Notes under the pieces: model-generated | Seen by the model: only the letters and a program-made list of their open reading frames with translations | What the model was told of the DNA's origin: nothing | Database searches by the model: none | Translations under genes and position numbers: made by a program | From: Octopus sinensis | Lineage: Eukaryota | Assembly: GCF_006345805.1 (NCBI RefSeq) | Contig: NC_043013.1 | Coordinates: 37,510,001 to 37,574,000 of the forward strand | DNA length: 64,000 bases | Direction: 5' to 3' | Part shown: positions 12,461-25,613 of the stretch, in pieces | Layout: every line of letters starts with the position of its first letter | Position numbering within the stretch: position 1 is the first letter of the stretch

Positions 12461-13035
12461 ATTGTACAATAGATAGCCAAGCCGGAAGAAAGTCATGAAT
12501 CCAAATGCATAATGTAAGCTTTCTAATCCTCAAATCTGTGCGTAAGGGAAACAGCCGTTTCTCTGATTGTGAATTCCCGTCTGATACATACACTATAGAT
12601 TCCCTAAAAAAAAAGGAAACCTAGGGCAACGAAATGACCTAATAAAAACTACACACATACACACACAATCACACGCGCATAAACATACTCAAACACACGC
12701 ATGCATATATGTAGGTTTAATATAGATAATTCCCGTATTTATTACATGAAAATATCTAAATTATATATATATATATATATATATGTATATCACAATTTAG
12801 GTGAGTTGAAATATGTTTGTCACTTATTTCAAATGCTATCGGCAAATACACTCCAGTTACCGTGGAGAAAATATGTCTCTTATGGTAAAAGGGTATGAAA
12901 ACACCCAGTTCGTTCAGTGTCGCCCTGTCTGTAGAATCTCAAATATCGATGTTTCAAGTTTATTGAACCTTGTCGATGAGATATATGTAACTAAGGGAAG
13001 CAACTCTCATGTATATACATATATGCATGTATGTA

Positions 13036-13076
<41 letters not shown>

Positions 13077-13146
13077 TATATATATATACATATATGTATA
13101 TACATCAGCGTTGCTTCCCTTGGTAAATCTCTATATATACTTATAA

Positions 13147-13178
<32 letters not shown>

Positions 13179-13208
13179 TTATACGGATATATTTATATAT
13201 ATCCGCAC

Positions 13209-13243
<35 letters not shown>

Positions 13244-13724
13244 CATACATATATATACACACACACAATATACGTATACGTGTGTGTATGTATATATATA
13301 TAGTTTTTGGTGTGTTAATGTATCAGTTGCGTGATTTTCTTGTATCTTACTTAGATCCAAGATTAAAAGCAACAGTGGCGTAATCGGGAAGTAGATTTAG
13401 ATGAAAGACAAAGATGAGAGATAACTGAAAGGAAATAGGTAAGAAGGAGACGGGCTGATGATGCTGGTGAGAAATGATGAAGCTGATGACGTAGAAGATG
13501 ACATCTAAGTTTAGTCAAATTCTAACGATGTCTGACATCAACGGAGTAGTGATGTTGAGCTTGCTTAAATTGAACAACATGGGGTAACGTAAGGTATGTC
13601 AGTGGTACTATGATTGTGATAATGATAATGATAATGATGCTTGCTGTTGTTTCTGGTGATCATAATCTTGATCAATATCTGCATGATCAAGATTCTGAAA
13701 ATTAATCGAATTCAACACCTACAC

Positions 13725-13728
13725 GATC

Positions 13729-13778
<50 letters not shown>

Positions 13779-14291
13779 CATCATCGTCGTCGTCGTCGTC
13801 ATCACTGAAGCAATCGTCGTCATCACCCGCGTCATCGTCGTTTTTATTCAGGTCGTCGACGTCGTCGTCACAGGCGTCACCAGTATCACCGTCATCATGA
13901 ACGTTGTCATCGTGGTCATCCTTGTGTAGTTGTTTTCATCATGAATGTCGTCATCATCATCATCGTTATTATCAGCATCGTCATCGTCGTCGCGTAATCC
14001 TCCTCCCCTCATCATCATCATCATCATCACCACCACCACCACCACCACCACCATCATCATCATCTTCATTATCCTCATCATCATCATCATCACCATCATC
14101 ATCATCAACATCATCATCATCAACATCATCATCATCATCAACATCATCATCATCACCATCATCATCGTCATCACCATCATCATCATCACCATCATCATCG
14201 TCATCACCATCATCATCATCACCATCATCATTATCATCATCACCACCACCACCACCATCATCATCATCATAATCATCATCACCATCATCAC

Positions 14292-14338
<47 letters not shown>

Positions 14339-14390
14339 CATCATCATCATCATCATCATCACCATCATCGTTTCGTCATCACCGACATCA
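13725..14390. repeat. (CAT)n/(CAC)n compound tract
   Basis: Direct reading. Confidence 0.95.
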
Positions 14391-14449
14391 TTAAATTTAT
14401 TGTCAATATGAACATTTATTATCATGTAATCTTCATTATTGTTATCAAT

Positions 14450-14659
14450 GATCGCAATTGATGATGTCATTGCTGTTAATGATAACGATGATCAGTAACA
14501 GGATGAGAATGATGGTGATGGTAGTGGTGTGGGAGGAGAACAGCTATGTCCACAAGGGATTTCGTGATGACAATATGGATGATGATGATGATGATGATGT
14601 TGGTGACAGAAGAAAAACCACGGCGACGAGGAAGAAGGTCAGGACGATCCTTATGATGA

Positions 14660-14693
<34 letters not shown>

Positions 14694-15190
14694 GGTGGTG
14701 GTGGTGGTTGTGGTGATGGTGGTGGTGACGATGAGAAAGACAATGACGAAGACGGTGATTAGGACTTCGACAAAGACGAAGAAGTGGTCTGGGAGGTCAA
14801 CGTGCATGGCAACGACGACTGCCACGATGATTAAGATGGGATGAATATTGTGATGACGATGATGATGATGATGATGATGGCAACGATAATGACAATGATG
14901 ATGCTGCTGATAATGATGATGACAACGATGATGACAATGATGATGACAACGATGATGATGGTGATGATAATGATGGTGGTGGTGGTGGTGGTGATGATGA
15001 TGGTGATGATGATGGTGATGACGACGACGACGATGATGATGATGATGATGATCATGATGATGGTGATGATGATGATTATGATGACGATGATGAGATACGA
15101 TGATGTTGATGATGACGGTGATGGTGATGATAATGATGTCGATGGAGATGAACACGACGACGACGACGATAACGATGACAACGATGGCGT
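14450..15190. repeat. (GAT)n/(GGT)n compound tract, same motif family as 13725-14390 but on the opposite strand
   Basis: Direct reading. Confidence 0.95.
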
Positions 15191-15839
15191 TAGAGCTGAC
15201 GCAGGCGCTGCCCTAACCCCCCACCGCCGTTGCCCTCACCGCAACAACCGCTGCCGCCGCCGCCGGCTGCTGCTGCGCTGGCGATAGCGATAACGATGCT
15301 AATGCTTACAATGATGAAACAGCTGGGACAAGACGAAAGCTGGGGCAGCAATAACAACAATGACGATGTCAACACCTCGAAGACATGTGAAACAACAATT
15401 GAAACAGCCGCCGTGATTTTTCTTTTATCAGATACCTTTGTCGCTAGAGAAATCCTGCACTACGCCCCCCCACCCACACACACTCTTCCTCTCTATTCCA
15501 CAAGACCTAAAATCCATTTCTTCCCAATACTGCAGCCACCACCCATTCCTCAATCCCTCTATATCACTGCATATATATATATATGCACACATACACAAAT
15601 CCATACACACATGCACAGATATATATATATATGCACATGTATTTACACGTACATGTACACACAGGTGTATATAAATACATCATATATACCTATATCTATC
15701 TATCTATCTATCTATATATTATATATTTATATATATGTATATATATGCTTACATTATATGTAAAATAGCATATACATAAATATATATACACACACATATA
15801 TACAAGTATATATGTATATATATGTATGTATATATATAA

Positions 15840-15905
<66 letters not shown>

Positions 15906-16319
15906 GCAAGAGAGAGAGAGAGAGATGCATATATATATATATATACACACATATGATATGCATATAAATGTATAAATACGCAATCATACACGCGCAGAAA
16001 CATGCACATATGTTCGTGTGCGTGTGGGCACTTCTTCACTCACACATACACACACGCATACACACACGAACACATACACACACATGTACATATGTATATT
16101 GAGGGCGAGACACACTTTGACAAATTCAATATTTTCTGTTTCTCAAAGCTGCATTGGATGCTGGATGCCATGCAAGACGGACGCTACGTTTAGACACAGA
16201 CTTTACCGGATATTAACTCTTAGTATTGCTTCTGGAGTCTTTTGAATTCATCAAAGAGTCTCGCGGTCTGTGGTTGCTCCCGCTGTTATGGCAGCGAGCG
16301 AAAGCGGATGGAGTTATAT

Positions 16320-16920
16320 GACGCTGACGACGATGGTGTTGACGATGATGATGATGGTGATGATTATGATTATGATGATGATGACGATGATGACGATGAA
16401 GATGAAGATAATGACGACTCTGTTGATGATGATGTTTGTGATGTTGATGTTGATGGCGATGGTGTTGACGATGATGATGATGATGATTATAATTATGATG
16501 ATGACGATGATGCCGATGAAGATGATGACGACTCTGTTGATGATGATGTTTGTGATGTTGATGTTGATGGCGATGTTGACTATAATGAGGATAATGTTCA
16601 TGACGTTAATAATAATGGTGGCAGTGACGATGGAGGTTGTGCTGGTGGTGATGCTGATAATGATGATGATGATGATGATGGATGGATGAAGATGATGGAG
16701 ATATTGGTTGTGATTGTGGTGGTGTTGGTAATGATGATGAGGATGATGATGATGATTATAACGATAATCATGATCATGATTATGATGATGAAGACACCGA
16801 CTATGTTGGTAGTGGTGGTGGTGGTGGTGGTGGTGGTGGTGATGGTAGTAGTGATGTGGTGTTGGTGGTGGTAGTGATGAAAATGTTGATGATTTTGACG
16901 GCGTTGTTGATGATGCTGAT
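16320..16920. repeat. (GAT)n-derived tract with a ~120-bp internal duplication
   Basis: GACGACTCTGTTGATGATGATGTTTGTGATGTTGATGTTGATGGC occurs twice. Confidence 0.9.
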
Positions 16921-17359
16921 ACAGTTAATTATAACAATGAAAATGGTACAGAAATGAGCGATACCCATACTAATAAATATCAGTTATATATGTGATGGAA
17001 GTGAATGTGAAATCGTAAACAATGCTTTCAATGATAAAAGTTAAGATGCTGCTGATAATATCAAGAATAACCTGAAGAAGAAGGTCCAAAGAACAGTAAC
17101 GAAGAGGAGTAGGAAGGAAGAGGAGGAAAAGATTTTGAGTTGCTTATCACTGCAAGTAATACAATAAAATATTACATAAGATATTATATGTGAGGATTAC
17201 ACCGAGATACAAGGGCTACAAACCAACCGCTTATTATCCATCAACCTATTATTGATATTGTATAGTCGAAGCATCCATAAGTATATTTGGAAGCAAATTA
17301 AAAAAGAAATTCTCAGGTATAGTTCATACATAACCAAACATATAATATTAAATAGGGGA

Positions 17360-17445
17360 ATAAGTACTGGGGTCGATTTCTTGGAATAATGTCGGTGCTC
17401 CAACATGACCGCTGTCAAAATACTGAAGTAAATAATAGAACAAAA
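17360..17445 (+). mobile_element. SINE-A tail fragment
   Basis: AATAAGTACTGGGGTCGAT..GTCGGTGCTCCAACATGACCGCTGTC. Confidence 0.6.
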
Positions 17446-17452
17446 GAAATAC

Positions 17453-18958
17453 TCTTTTACTCTTGTATTCTTTTACTCGTTTCAGCCATGCGACTGCAGT
17501 CATGCTAGAGGACCAATGTGCTCCTTCTGATTTCCTCAATCTGGGGTGTTTCACATCACCATTCCTGTATGTACTTCCGTCCACGGTGTTGGCCCATATG
17601 GTGTATAAGAGAGTTTGACTGCGCTGCCCTCGTCTGCACTTCATGTCAGCCTGTTGGTTCATCCGGTATTGTGGAGAGAAGGATGCTTACTTCCTTTTGG
17701 ATGACATCAGCTTCCATTTCATGCAGATTACTTAATTTTTGTGGCAGGGCATTGAAGAGCTGTGTGCCTTTGTACCTTAGACTATTGCAGGACCTGATCC
17801 TGAATTTAGATGGAGTAGAATGTTACCTTTGGTACAAGCTAATGACGGCCGGTTCTACAGATTTTCATACATTGATTATTGTCTATCTCTTACGTCTTCG
17901 CTCCAGAGAGTAATGCTACAGTTTTCTCAGCCTGTCTTTGTAGCGCATCGCTGCACTGTTTCAATTATTTTAGTGTAGTGGCGTTGGATTGCTTCAAACT
18001 CCGCTGTTAGTTTGGCACTGTGTGATGATCTTTAAGTACGAGCAGTAGTCCAGGCAGCTGGGAACAAAGGTCCTCCACAGGGTCAACATAGTTTCTTAGT
18101 CTCTTTCTTGAAGGACCTCCGTATCCACCCTGCCAGTTATCTGCTCTTTGCTGACAGCTTGGTAATGTGCATATAAAAAGATACATCATTGCGCATACTA
18201 CTCATCTCCAAGGCTTTTATTGCTTCTGACTCTGGGATCGTAGTGCCCTTGGGTCCTGTATATGCAGGCTGTGGTGCATTCTTGAGTTGGTAGTGCCTTG
18301 CTTAAATTTCTCCAGCATTAAACTACATGTTGTTTATTTCTGCTCACTTGTATGTCGAATTCAAGGCCCGACATAAGATTGCGACATCATCTTGGTTCAT
18401 TTTGCATCATCGGCATACCTAGTGACAGTGGTTTTCCGAGTGAGAGTGGGCATGTCTAAGAGAGCTATTATACACAGTAATGAACCCAGAACGGATCCGT
18501 GGGAAAAGCCACTTAGAATTTGAGTGTACTCAGACAGGGCACCATTGGCTGCAACTGCCTGACTTCTATCATTAAGGAAGTCATACAGCCGCTCTCCCAG
18601 TTTATCAGCAATGCCAAGGTCTCGTAGCTTATGACATATCTACCTTATGAAATACTTTTACGAAGTCCAAGTATACCACGTTGACATCTGAATGGTCAAT
18701 CGACTGTTTCAAAAGCCAGTCATAATGTTGTTGGAGTTGTGTGATGTAGCTTCTTCCCGGACGGAAGCCATGCTTTTTATATCGCTCAGTAGGTCATTTT
18801 AGTTTAGGAACATTATGAATTTCTTTCTCATGATTCGCGCCATGACTTTGCTGATATGTGAAGTCAGAGAGATTGGCCTGTAGTTTTTGGCTCTGTTTCC
18901 ACCTTTGTGGATTAGGTGTATAATGCCTTCTTTCAGCTTTTTAGGATGTTTACCACTT
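17453..18958 (-). mobile_element. 5'-truncated LINE (CR1/L2 group), decayed reverse transcriptase with intact 3' end
   Basis: Minus-strand motifs in order: IHKGG..NYRPISLTSHISKVM, HGFRPGRS, VVYLDF.KVF.KVD, SGFSHGSVLGSLL, YADD (18406-18417), GTQLFNALP, IPDEP..RAAQSNSL; stops and frameshifts present; tail AGTAAAAGA repeats. Confidence 0.92.
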
Positions 18959-19066
18959 GCGGTAAGTAGCCTGCTTACCAACAACAAGGTTTCGGGTTCG
19001 GCCCCCCGGGTAACATCTTGGGCTAGTGATTCGATTTGGTAGACGGAAACTGAAAGAAGCCTATCG

Positions 19067-19099
<33 letters not shown>

Positions 19100-19290
19100 T
19101 TGTGTGTCTGTGTTTGTTCCCCCAGCATTACTTGACAACTGATGCTGGCGTGTTTACGTCTCCGTAACCTAGCGGTTCGGCAAAAGAGACCGATAGAATA
19201 AGTACTAGGCTTACAATGAATAAGTCCTGGGGGTGATTTGTTCGACTAAAGGCGCTGTCAGATGGCTGAAACAAATAAAAGAATATATAT
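18959..19290 (+). mobile_element. SINE-A, near full length, abutting the LINE 5' truncation
   Basis: GGTAAGTAGCCTGCTTACC head; GACGGAAACTGAAAGAAGCC; internal (TA)n(TG)n; CGGTTCGGCAAAAGAGACCGATAG. Confidence 0.88.
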
Positions 19291-19695
19291 AGCACACACA
19301 CACATACACGCACACACGCCCGCCCGCCCACACGCACAAACGAATATATTCAGGGAGAGAGAGAGATAGATTGATAAATAGTTAGATTATATGCACACAT
19401 ATATGATTCTAGACCCATTAATTTACTATAATTATAAGTATAGAGCATTTTAAAGTGTATCATAAGAAATAATAGGAATACACCATAATAAAGTTTCTAT
19501 TTGATTAAAAAATTGCTACAAATTTGTTTCAGGTCACAGTTGAGTGATTAGACATCTGTTTAAAGTAATCCCAGCATTGACCATACATTTAAAAAAAATA
19601 CTCTCCATAATTTTATAGAAGCATTTAGAATAAGAATAATGAATGAGCTTATTCTCTTGACACATAGTCAATTTGTTATTCTAGAAAATTACAAT

Positions 19696-20080
19696 ATTCT
19701 TTTCTACTCTAGCCACAAGGTCCGATATTTTTGGATACTGGGGTCGATTAGATCGACCCCAATACGCAACTGGTACGAAATTTATTGACTCCGAAAGGAT
19801 GATAGGCAAAATCAACCTCGGTGGAATTTGAAATCAGAACGTAAAGACAGACGAAATACCTATTTCTTTACTACCCACAAGGGGCTAAACACAGAGAGAA
19901 CAAACAAGGAGAGACAAATTACATCGAATTCAGTGCGTAACTGGTGCTTAATTTATCGACGCCGAAAGAATGAAAGGCAAAGTCGACCTCGGCGGAATTT
20001 GAACTCAGAACATAAGGGCAGACGAATTACGGCTACGCATTTCGCCCGGCGTGCTAACGTTTCTGATATTTCACCGCCTT
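19696..20080 (-). mobile_element. SINE-B dimer (full head plus tail X, then truncated unit plus tail Y)
   Basis: Two cores; junction GAAATACC|TATTTC at 19860/19861. Confidence 0.88.
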
Positions 20081-20379
20081 AAAAAATTACAATATTATTT
20101 ATCTCAGAATTGTGCCGAAATTGAATATGCGTCATCATTAATTGATAGGTAATGATTTAGAATTTTCCTGTGTATCTTATTATACATTGTTTTCTAAATG
20201 GAATTTACGATACACAGTAAAAGCGTATTGAAATCAATTACAAACTCTGTTTTGAGTCTGTCAACTAAAGAATCGGAAGGTGACTAACGTGTTGATTCCA
20301 CATTTCAACAGGAAATTTATAGGTTCTAACGGACTGTTTAAACTTTTCGTTTTGTAATCAATCCAAAGATGTCCCTCAA

Positions 20380-20395
20380 CACACACGCACACACG

Positions 20396-20471
<76 letters not shown>

Positions 20472-20493
20472 CAGATATATAGATAGATAGATA

Positions 20494-20565
<72 letters not shown>

Positions 20566-20770
20566 ATTCATATGCATGTATTCATAACATACATATGAAT
20601 TACACATATATAAATATTGGCGCATATATCTACATACACACACACACGCGCACACACTCATACACATACACATATATATGTATCTCTATATATGTCTGCC
20701 TGTTTGTCTATCTATCTATCTATCTATCTACCTACCTACCTATCTATCTATCTATTTATCTATCCATCTA
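20380..20770. repeat. Compound (CA)n, (GATA)n, (TATC)n
   Basis: Direct reading. Confidence 0.95.
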
Positions 20771-21040
20771 TCCCCTTTTTTCCCCCTTTTTTCTTCTTTT
20801 TTCATTTCTCTTTTCTTTTGTTCCTTTTCCTTTTCTTTTTTTCTTTTTCTTTTTTCTTTTTTCTTTTATTTTATTTTTTTTGTTCTTTTCTTCCCTTTTA
20901 CGATCCCTCTTGATCGAAAACCTACGCCACCCCTTTTTTTATCTTTCTTTTGTTTTTTGTTTTTTTCATCCCCCAAAAGAAAAGCTCTACCATGTAACTT
21001 GTCCCATCTGTGTGCAGCCCTGTGTGGCCAATAAAGAAAC

Positions 21041-21132
<92 letters not shown>

Positions 21133-22741
21133 ATGGGGTTAGGTGGGGGAGCTTTTGAAGAGAAGGAGAGAGGAGAAGGGTTGGGAGTGAGAAGAGAAAT
21201 ACAGAAACACGGAAGCAAGAAGTAAGTAAGAATTGTAAATTATTGAAATGAACGAGAGTGTACATTTCTTTCTTGCGTCGAAAGTGTGAGTGGTGAGTAT
21301 CAGTGTCTACATATGGAGTTTCTACTAATTGGAATTTTTCGTTATCGCATCTGATGGATTTAGCAGAGACTCCAGTAAATACTTACGCTGGGATCCACCA
21401 TAATCGAAAGTTGCCCAAACTTCTTATCTGTAACGGTCGAAAAACAGATTAGTCTTGGCACGAAATCTGAAGACTGCTTATACGAGCATTCTTATTGTAC
21501 TGAGAGAAAGCGAAGCATTTATTTTTATCAAAATTATTTAGCCACGTTGCACAAGACTTTAAGGTCGATGAAGGTAACACCATTGCTTTACTTACACCCA
21601 ATTGCCTTAATGGAAGAAATCAACTTTAAACCAGGCTGAAATTTCACTGCAATTTTCCGACATGTATTGTAAAACGACAGAGGGGGAAGTAGAGAAAGAG
21701 AGAAACAGTAAGAGTGATATCAGATAAAGAAAGAGAGAGGATATAGAGGGGGGGCAGAGAGAAAGAGAGACGTGTCAGAGGGTAGTATCTAATTGTACAT
21801 ACTTTATCTCTGCTCAAATTCAGCTTCTTGACAGTTACAATTAAGATTATCGCTGTCCAATCATTATTTATATATGTTATAATCAGACACTTGTTTTCTT
21901 GGCAAATATAACGCAAAAGTTATAATTGGGGTCTGCTTGATGGACAACTTCAAGTGACATCTATTTTAATCAATATAGAATGTCTGGAGATTATTCCTGA
22001 TTGCTGTTTGCCCCCCCCTCACCACCACCACCACCACCTACCCACCAATCACTCACCACATTCCCACACCACTTCCTATAATCAGAATCGATGTGGGTTT
22101 AATTTCAAGTCTTATCGAAGTTTACAGTGTGGTTAATTCGATTTCTGATTGGAATGAAACTAAAGATAATTATACTTTCTCCCTCACTTCCTTTTCTCTC
22201 TCTCTCACCCTCCTCCTCCTCATCTCGCTTCTCTTTCAATTTCTTTAATTCTATCAAATCATTGTCTCTTCTCTTCTTTTAATTTTTCTTTTCATATCTC
22301 CGTTCCATTCGTATTCGCCTGCCTTTGCTTTACTTATAGCAAATGTCTTATTTTTCATTTTCCACTAACTTTCTATTTCATTTTTCATCTATGTTCTTTC
22401 GTTTTGTGTTTTATTGTATAATTGTTTTAAATCTTTCACGCCATTCTACCTTCAAACATCTAATGCTTCTTCGTTCGTATTATCTCAAGCCAGCTTATAT
22501 TTCTTACTTATTTTCCTACTTAGCCTTCTCTATTCATATGCTGTTCTGACTGTCTGTCTATCTATCTATCAATCTATCTAGCTACCTATCGATTTATCCC
22601 AATATCTCTATATATATAGTATATATATGTGTATGTGTGTGTGTATGTATGTGTGTAGATGTATATATAAATGTGTGTATAAGTGTATATATATATATGT
22701 ATATATATATATTACCATAGACATCATATATACATATATAT

Positions 22742-23062
22742 TAAAGACTCCGCCCGTTACGACGACGAGGGTCCCAGCTGATACGATCAACGGAACAGCT
22801 TGCTCGTGAAATTAACGTGCAAATGGCTGAGCATTCCACAGACACGTGTACCCTTAACGTAGTTCTCGGGGATAATCAGCGTGACACAGAGAGTGACAAG
22901 GCTGACCCTTTGAAATACAAGTACAACTCATTTTTGCCAGCTGAGTGGACTGGAGCAACGTGAAATAAAGTGTCTTGCTCAAGGACACAACGCGTCGCCG
23001 GGAATCGAACTCACAACCTTACGATCATGAGCCGAATGCCCTAACCACTAAGCCACGCGCCC
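22742..23062 (-). mobile_element. SINE-C (tRNA-derived)
   Basis: Minus-strand A box TGGCTTAGTGG, B box GTTCGATTCCC, followed by CCTTGAGCAAGACACTTTATTTCACGTTGCTCCAGTCCACTCAGCTG. Confidence 0.82.
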
Positions 23063-23063
23063 T

Positions 23064-23132
<69 letters not shown>

Positions 23133-23878
23133 GCACATTTATATATCTATCTATCTGTCTATCTGTCTATTCATCTATCTATCTATCCATCCATCTATCT
23201 ATCTACCTATATATATATATATATATATACATTTATGTATGTATATGTGTGCGTATATATGTATATATACACTCACATTACTATTTATCCAAATACTTCT
23301 CTTAGACTTCCAATCTCTTTACTTTAATTTTGTTGTTGTTATTTATCCTTCAGTGTTGTGCTATCCATTACAGTCTCGCTAACCATTTATATTAAATAAA
23401 TATATAATTACTCAGAGGAACACTTATATTCTGATATTACCATCAAATTCTTACTCTCAGTTTCACACGTGACAACCATTTTACATTTATCTCCTTGCAA
23501 TATTTTAATCTAATTTAATCAAAAACCTATTAAACAATGTTATCCACTCCTTTACACATAATCTGCAATAGGGAGAAACAATGAAATTAAAATAGTATAT
23601 AATTACATCTTACCCATATTATCACGGTCGATTATTCATTAGTTTTAACTCCATATATACAAGCACAGAGTAACACGCATGTGTACACACTTGGATGCAC
23701 ACACATATTGAGAGACAGAGAGAGTGAATGAGTGAGTGAGGTATATTTACATCCATTCATACACTTGCACTCATTTAAAGGTATACTCATACATACATAC
23801 ATACAAACACACACACATATGCGTACATACATAGCTAGAAACATACATGCATACATACATGTATATATATATATATAT

Positions 23879-23952
<74 letters not shown>

Positions 23953-24735
23953 GTACATTCAAGTATGCGTATGTCTTTCATGAGTTCTCATCTATACAAC
24001 TACTTACCTATATATAAATTAATAATATATCCAGTTATGAACGTAGCTGTGTATATCTGGTCTAGAAATAACTGCTAGTCCTCCCTCAAATCACAATACA
24101 GTTTTTCGCGATCTGGACTGATTTGTTGATAGGAATAGTAACCTTACCTGAATTGTTTTCTACATTTGATTCGGTAAAGTATAAACACAGCTACGAATGA
24201 TTTGATAGAAGACACACTCAATTCTGACTCCATAACAAAAGCTTTAAAATCCTGCATTACTTCCAGCATTTGCAGAAATTCATCTTAACGTACACTTAAT
24301 GGAAAATGGAAAACCTGCTAAAATTATTTGTAATTATAGGTAACCGAGCGACCCCACTACTTCGTACTTTGTCTAAATAGAACAGACACCTTTACATTTT
24401 GGTAAATATAACTAAAACGTTTCTCCAATTTTTGTTACAGATTCACTTCAAAATCATTGCCTCACGTGTCTGTATGGGAAACAAAAACTAATTCCAACAC
24501 AATCGACTTTTGCTCAGAGAATTTGTATAAACGCGTTATATACTTGCAGCTAATGGATTTCGGAGAAGTATCATATCTTAACGCTAATACATCACAACCT
24601 AAGCAAATTAGATGAACAATACTCAACATTTCTCCTATATTATATTCCAATATTATTTTATAGTTTTCAGTCATTGGACAAGAGAGAAGCATGAGCACAC
24701 TCATGAAATATTAGCCAATCAAATTAAATCGAAAT

Positions 24736-24737
<2 letters not shown>

Positions 24738-24807
<70 letters not shown>

Positions 24808-24820
24808 CAGATAGACAGAC

Positions 24821-24896
<76 letters not shown>

Positions 24897-24897
24897 C
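24738..24897. repeat. (GATA)n
   Basis: Direct reading. Confidence 0.97.
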
Positions 24898-25383
24898 ATA
24901 GAACAAAATATTTCAAGTAGCGATGGATATGGATGAGTCACGTACACTAATATACGAGAGGGTGGTAAAAAGGTCATGGCTGTAAGGGTGTCGCGGAAGG
25001 TCTGGCTGGAGGCCCAATATTCCGAGTTCTTTTACAGGACTTCGGAAAACTGAAGGATGGCTGCAATATATGTGTATCTGAGAAGGGAAAATGTTCAATA
25101 AAATCATAATTAACTGATCCTACAATATATTCTTCTACCCAAAGCCAAAAACTTCTCATCACACTATCTTACGTGCGTGCATGCCTTTGTGTGTATGTGT
25201 GTGTCTGTGTCTATGTCTATACGTGCGTGTACATATTCTCTCTTTTGCTTTCAAAATGAAACACACACATGTACACTCGCACACACATACATATGCCCAC
25301 ACACATATGTGTATACATGTGTGTATATATGTGTGTGTCTATGTGTGTGTGTGTATATATGTATATACATATATATATATATA

Positions 25384-25613
25384 TATTTCTTTACTACCCA
25401 CAAGGGGCTAAACACAGAGGGGACAACCGAGGACAGACAAACGAATTAAGTCGATTATATCGACCCAGTGCGTAACTGGTACTTAATTTATCGACCCCAA
25501 AAGGATGAAAGGCAAAGTCAAACTCGGCGGAATTTGAACACAGAACGTAACGGCAGACGAAATACGGCTAGGTATTTCGACCGGTGTGCTAACGTTTCTG
25601 CCAGCTAGCCTCC
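25384..25613 (-). mobile_element. SINE-B monomer, tail X
   Basis: Full match to the family pattern. Confidence 0.9.

Noticed and set aside
13355-13438. 84-nt segment with a good acceptor and GTAAGA donor
   Set aside because: Stops in all three frames; at most a non-coding exon, unsupported.
18799-19128. 109-aa ORF as an intact gene
   Set aside because: Chance in-frame fusion of antisense SINE-A sequence with the truncated LINE RT start.
22990-23062. tRNA genes at SINE heads (also 48652-48710)
   Set aside because: A and B boxes are present but there is no complete cloverleaf and the heads continue into SINE bodies.
24250-24620. Partly open plus-strand frame resembling piggyBac (FTSKSL)
   Set aside because: Catalytic motif not actually present; similarity too weak.
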